From Chitiniphilus shinanonensis DSM 23277 (GTDB lineage Bacteria; Pseudomonadota; Gammaproteobacteria; Burkholderiales; Chitinibacteraceae): 64,000 bases of DNA. Shown here in pieces: positions 59,341 to 64,000 of the stretch. A model generated the notes under the pieces. It did no database searches. It saw only the letters and a list, made by a program, of their open reading frames with translations, and was not told the DNA's origin. Position 1 is the stretch's first letter; each line of letters begins with the position of its first letter. The position numbers and the translations under genes are program-made. The stretch is taken from the NCBI RefSeq assembly GCF_000374805.1, contig NZ_KB895335.1, forward strand, positions 244,046 through 308,045. The letters are read 5' to 3'.

Positions 59341-59838
59341 ATGAAACCGTGTACCACCCTGCCCCTGTTGGCGCTCGCTGTCTGCATCGCCGCGCCGCTC
59401 GCCCACGCCGATATCTACAAGTACGTCGACGAGGAAGGCCGGGTCACGTTTTCCAATATTCCGATCAAGGGTTCGCAGCGCGTCTATATCGACTCGATCT
59501 CGGTCATTCCCGCACCGAAGCCGCGCACCAAGGCGAGCGGCAGCGCCAGCCCCAAGGTGAATGCGCCCTCGCCCGCCAATTTCCCCAAGGTGGATTCGGC
59601 CACGCAGAAGGCGCGCGACACCAATCGCCGCCTGATCCTCCAGGAAGAGTTGTCGGCGGAGCAGCGCGCGCTCGACGAGGCCCGCCAGTCGCTGGCCGAG
59701 GCCGAGGGCAACCGCACCGCTGAGGAAAAGCAGAACCCGCAGAAGTATGTGCAGCGCCTGTCGCGCCTGCGCGAGGCGGCGGTGGTGCACGAAAAGAACG
59801 TCGCCGCGCTGACCTCCGAACTCGGCCGCTTGCAGTAA
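59341..59838 (+). CDS. DUF4124-domain periplasmic protein with a signal peptide and coiled-coil C-terminus.
   Basis: Signal peptide LALAVCIAAPLAHA, then DIYKYVDEEGRVTFSNIP (DUF4124 signature). Confidence 0.65.
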   Translation: MKPCTTLPLLALAVCIAAPLAHADIYKYVDEEGRVTFSNIPIKGSQRVYIDSISVIPAPKPRTKASGSASPKVNAPSPANFPKVDSATQKARDTNRRLILQEELSAEQRALDEARQSLAEAEGNRTAEEKQNPQKYVQRLSRLREAAVVHEKNVAALTSELGRLQ

Positions 59839-59920
59839 CCCGCTCCCCCATCCCCAACCGCCGCGCTCCGACGCGGCGGTTGTCCGTTCGACTTCCGCGC
59901 ACCAACTTCAAGCCATCGAC

Positions 59921-59936
59921 GCACTACAATGGTGCA
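59921..59936 (+). promoter_or_regulatory. NtrC-type binding site upstream of ntrB.
   Basis: cGCACTACAATGGTGCa is a near-consensus TGCACC-N5-GGTGCA dyad. A hairpin-type terminator of the preceding gene lies at ~59857..59890. Confidence 0.45.
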
Positions 59937-60026
59937 TGCGTGCGCGTGAGCGGGTGCTCGCCGCGAGGTTTTTCGTGCATCCGCCGCTGGCCCGCAATTT
60001 GCTAGTCCAGGTGGAGCGCCAACATC

Positions 60027-61151
60027 GTGGTCCCAGCCATGCCCTACACCGTCTTCAGCGGGCTCGACTTCCTCGACGCCGCCATCCTGGCTTTTGCCGA
60101 TGACGGCGCACTGGTTTACCACAACCCGGCGGCGGCCGACCTGCTGGGGCTGCGCGAGGATCACCTCGGGCTGCCGATGGACGCCTGCCTCGGCCCGGAA
60201 AGCCCCATCGCCCAGGCGGTGCGCAACGCCTGCCGCGACAACATCTCGATCACCGAACACGAAATCCTGCTGCATACCGCCCACGGCGAGGCTTATGTCT
60301 CGATCACCGCCGGCCCGATCGAGGCCGAAGAGGCCGCGGCGCTGGTGGAAGTGCGCCAGATCGACCAGCAGCGGCGCATCGCCAACGAAGAGCGCCTGCA
60401 AGCGCAACAGCAGGCCAACCGCGAGCTGATCCGCAACCTGGCGCACGAGATCAAGAACCCGCTGGGCGGCATCCGCGGCGCGGCGCAATTGCTGGCGCAC
60501 GAGCTGCACGACCCGCAGATGCGCGAGTACACCCAGGTGATCATCGAGGAGTCGCAACGCCTGCAAAGCCTGCTCGACCGCCTGCTGACGCCGCACCGTC
60601 TGCCGCAGCTGTCCGAGATCAACGTGCACGAGGTGCTGGAGCGGGTACGCAGCCTGATGCTGGCGGAAACGCCCAACGGGCTGGCGGTGAAGCGCGACTA
60701 CGACACCAGCGTGCCGCCCCTGATCGGCGACCGCGAGCAATTGATCCAGGCCGTGCTCAACATCGTGCGCAACGCGGTGCAGGCGATGGCCGGTGTGGGC
60801 GAGATCCTGCTGCGCACGCGCATCGCGCGGCAGATCACGCTCAACCGCAAGCGCTTCCCGCTGGCCATCATGGTGCAGATCATCGACAACGGCCCCGGTA
60901 TTCCCGAGGCACTGAAGGAAACGCTGTTCTATCCGCTGGTATCGGGCCGGCCGGGCGGCACCGGCATCGGGCTGCACCTGGCGCACACCTTCGTCACCCA
61001 GCACCACGGCACCGTCGATTTCGAAAGCCGGCCCGGCTACACCTGCTTCACGCTGCATCTGCCACTCAACGGCTGGCCGGCCCCCCGCAACACCCCCGCC
61101 GACAGCGCGGGCGACGACGGCCCGGCGCACGCCGCCCGGCCCCGATCCTGA
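60027..61151 (+). CDS. ntrB: Nitrogen-regulation sensor histidine kinase NtrB (GlnL).
   Basis: LAHEIKNPLGGIRGAAQLL H-box. PAS N-terminus. The ORF starts with GTG; an alternative ATG is at 60039. Confidence 0.9.
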   Translation: MVPAMPYTVFSGLDFLDAAILAFADDGALVYHNPAAADLLGLREDHLGLPMDACLGPESPIAQAVRNACRDNISITEHEILLHTAHGEAYVSITAGPIEAEEAAALVEVRQIDQQRRIANEERLQAQQQANRELIRNLAHEIKNPLGGIRGAAQLLAHELHDPQMREYTQVIIEESQRLQSLLDRLLTPHRLPQLSEINVHEVLERVRSLMLAETPNGLAVKRDYDTSVPPLIGDREQLIQAVLNIVRNAVQAMAGVGEILLRTRIARQITLNRKRFPLAIMVQIIDNGPGIPEALKETLFYPLVSGRPGGTGIGLHLAHTFVTQHHGTVDFESRPGYTCFTLHLPLNGWPAPRNTPADSAGDDGPAHAARPRS

Positions 61152-61247
61152 AGGAGCGCTTCACCGTGACACCCCATTCCGCGCTCGAGGCCACGCCGCA
61201 TCACGGCCTCGGGCAGACATCGAGCCGGTTTTGACAAAGGACCAAGC

Positions 61248-62654
<1,407 letters not shown>

Positions 62655-62784
62655 GAACGCCGTTACACTAAAGGCCGCAGAGCGACCAACAAAACCCTTC
62701 TGGCGGCGTCACGCTTGCTTGCCGTACTACTTGTACTGTCTGCGCTGCGCGCTCCTTGCCAGAAACGCTGTGCTGGATTTTGTT

Positions 62785-62808
62785 GGCCGCTCGGAAGCGG
62801 CCTTTTTT
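62785..62808 (+). terminator. Rho-independent terminator downstream of ntrC.
   Basis: GGCCGCT-cgga-AGCGGCC-TTTTTTAT. Confidence 0.5.
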
Positions 62809-62832
62809 ATGCCCCAAACAAGTGCAAAACGA

Positions 62833-63138
62833 TCAATCGATCTCGAAGATCTTGCCGAAGTTGGCGATGTCGAGCACCGAGCGCACAGTGCCGCCGGCGT
62901 GTCGCAGCACGATGCGGCGGCCGCCGGCGCGCTCGTTCAGCAGCAACAGCATGCCCAGCGCGGCGGAATCCAGATAATCGACGCCGGCAAAGTCGATCTC
63001 CACGGTCTCGATGCCCGATTCGGCCAGCGCGGCGGTGGTCGCCTCCTTGAACTGGCGGTGGCCTTCGAAAGTGAAATGTCCGTGGATCTGGACGCGGGCA
63101 ACCGGCGGATTCAGCAGCAGTGTGGCTTGCATGGGCAC
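62833..63138 (-). CDS. STAS-domain protein (anti-sigma-factor-antagonist-like).
   Basis: ~100 aa with GVDYLDSAALGMLLLL, typical STAS. Confidence 0.65.
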   Translation of the reverse strand: MPMQATLLLNPPVARVQIHGHFTFEGHRQFKEATTAALAESGIETVEIDFAGVDYLDSAALGMLLLLNERAGGRRIVLRHAGGTVRSVLDIANFGKIFEID

Positions 63139-63243
63139 TTCCTGTGAGTGGATGCCGGGGCGCCGGATACCGCGCCGGCCGGCGCAACGATGAAGACGGT
63201 ACTGTGATGGTAGACAGCGCCGTCGCCGTGGGCCAGCCGGCGG

Positions 63244-64000
63244 CTACGCCGCCTTGTCGGCGCCTTGGTCGTTGGGCTCCGGGGTGCGCGGCGCGGCGCC
63301 GGGCGCGTCCACGCCATAGCGGCGCTGGGTTCGGCGATAGGCGTCGATCAACTGGCGCATCTTGCCGTTGGCCGGATCCAGCCGCTTGGCGCGCGAGAGA
63401 TATTGCTCGGCCAGATGCATGTATTGCGGGTTCCAGCCATCGCGGTTGATCAGCGACAGGATGGTGTGCACCGCGTTGAGCAGCACCTGCACGTTGCCCG
63501 GCAGCGACTCCAGCGCGCTGACGAAGCGCTTGGCCGCGCCGGCCAGATCGCCCGCCTGCACGGCACGCACCGCTTCGTTGTTGAGTTCCAGGATGTCCTG
63601 GGTTGCGGCGGTGATCAGCGCGCTGCCGGTCTCCGGCTCGCCCAGCGACTGATACAGCCCCTCGACGCGCGCCATCAGCTCGGTGTCGTCGTGGCTGCTG
63701 CGCAGCGCCTTGCGCACGAAGGATTCGCCCTGGTCGCGCAGCTTGCGCGCGTAGCAGGCGTGCGCCGCCTCCAGCAGGACGCCGGCCGGCACGTCGTCCA
63801 TGTCCTCCAGCTGGTCGCAGGCTTCCTTGAGCTTCTGCCGAGCCTTGTCGCGCTCCAGCTTGCTGTCGCCGCCGATCTGCTCGGCCACCGCGGCATCCAC
63901 CAGTTGCAACAGCACCTCGGCGGCGGGGTCGCCGCGGAAATCGTGCTTGAGCCGGGTGCTGGTGCGGCGCGCGGCGCCGATGTCGCCCCGCTCCAGCTGC
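63244..64000 (-). CDS. TPR-like helical-repeat protein, partial (N-terminus lies beyond the right edge of the window).
   Basis: The listed start is a GTG. The reading frame stays open to the window end (…QLERGDIGAARRTSTRLKHDFRGDPAAEVLLQLVD...). Confidence 0.5.
   Translation of the reverse strand, partial: QLERGDIGAARRTSTRLKHDFRGDPAAEVLLQLVDAAVAEQIGGDSKLERDKARQKLKEACDQLEDMDDVPAGVLLEAAHACYARKLRDQGESFVRKALRSSHDDTELMARVEGLYQSLGEPETGSALITAATQDILELNNEAVRAVQAGDLAGAAKRFVSALESLPGNVQVLLNAVHTILSLINRDGWNPQYMHLAEQYLSRAKRLDPANGKMRQLIDAYRRTQRRYGVDAPGAAPRTPEPNDQGADKAA

Noticed and set aside
62715-63193. Plus-strand ORFs (62715..63050, 62641..63147) between ntrC and the STAS gene
   Set aside because: They overlap the terminator and the minus-strand STAS gene. 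The STAS frame has the conserved domain, while the plus-strand frames do not.

Overview
This 64-kb window comes from a GC-rich (about 65-68% GC) proteobacterial chromosome. Gene content (glnA...ntrBC, vgrG1b-type T6SS island, rtcR-rtcBA, many c-di-GMP genes) suggests a beta-proteobacterium (Neisseriales/Burkholderiales-like) or a related gamma-proteobacterium. The left ~8.2 kb is a sharply lower-GC (~50%) horizontally acquired island. It carries a tightly coupled minus-strand operon: a DUF4007-like protein, a 1111-aa P-loop ATPase and a PAPS-reductase/PP-loop enzyme, which is the SspB/SspC/SspD architecture of DNA phosphorothioation systems. No SspA, SspE, SspFGH or DndFGH partner is present. 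Instead the module is followed by an unusual 785-aa protein that fuses an N-terminal MORC/HSP90-like GHKL ATPase to a C-terminal histidine kinase, and then by a translationally coupled, atypical receiver-domain gene that runs off the window. This is the best candidate for a previously undescribed defence or signalling system. The rest of the window is core chromosome. It contains a vgrG1b-type T6SS spike island (VgrG, DUF2169, thiolase-like, DUF4150/Tox-GHH2 Tse7-like effector, immunity, TIGR02270-like) with an extra thioredoxin-like tail gene. Next to it are a DUF4124-like gene and two secreted ankyrin-repeat paralogs. A 7-gene putative amino-acid-derivative pathway follows (PaaK-like ligase, class IV aminotransferase, PDT-like, OCD-like, exporter). 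An expanded RtcR-controlled RNA-repair operon follows, apparently led by a sigma54 promoter and a tRNA-like (YrlA/Y-RNA-like) structured leader, then SPFH, Zn-ribbon, rtcB, a nucleotidyltransferase and rtcA. Further right are three tandem TPR paralogs (the last fused to GGDEF), a DUF3683 FAD/Fe-S oxidase, HIT, HD-GYP, a class-II cNMP phosphodiesterase and an FHA/PP2C/CHASE2-kinase module. The window ends with mtgA, aroE, rhodanese, glnA with NtrC/sigma54 control sites, MASE1-GGDEF, HAD, Rdx, DUF4124, ntrB-ntrC, STAS and a partial TPR gene. No CRISPR array, rRNA, canonical tRNA, integrase or transposase was found. Many long ORFs in the track are antisense or off-frame artefacts of high GC and were discarded. 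Start codons of several genes were re-assigned from the ORF track by inspection.
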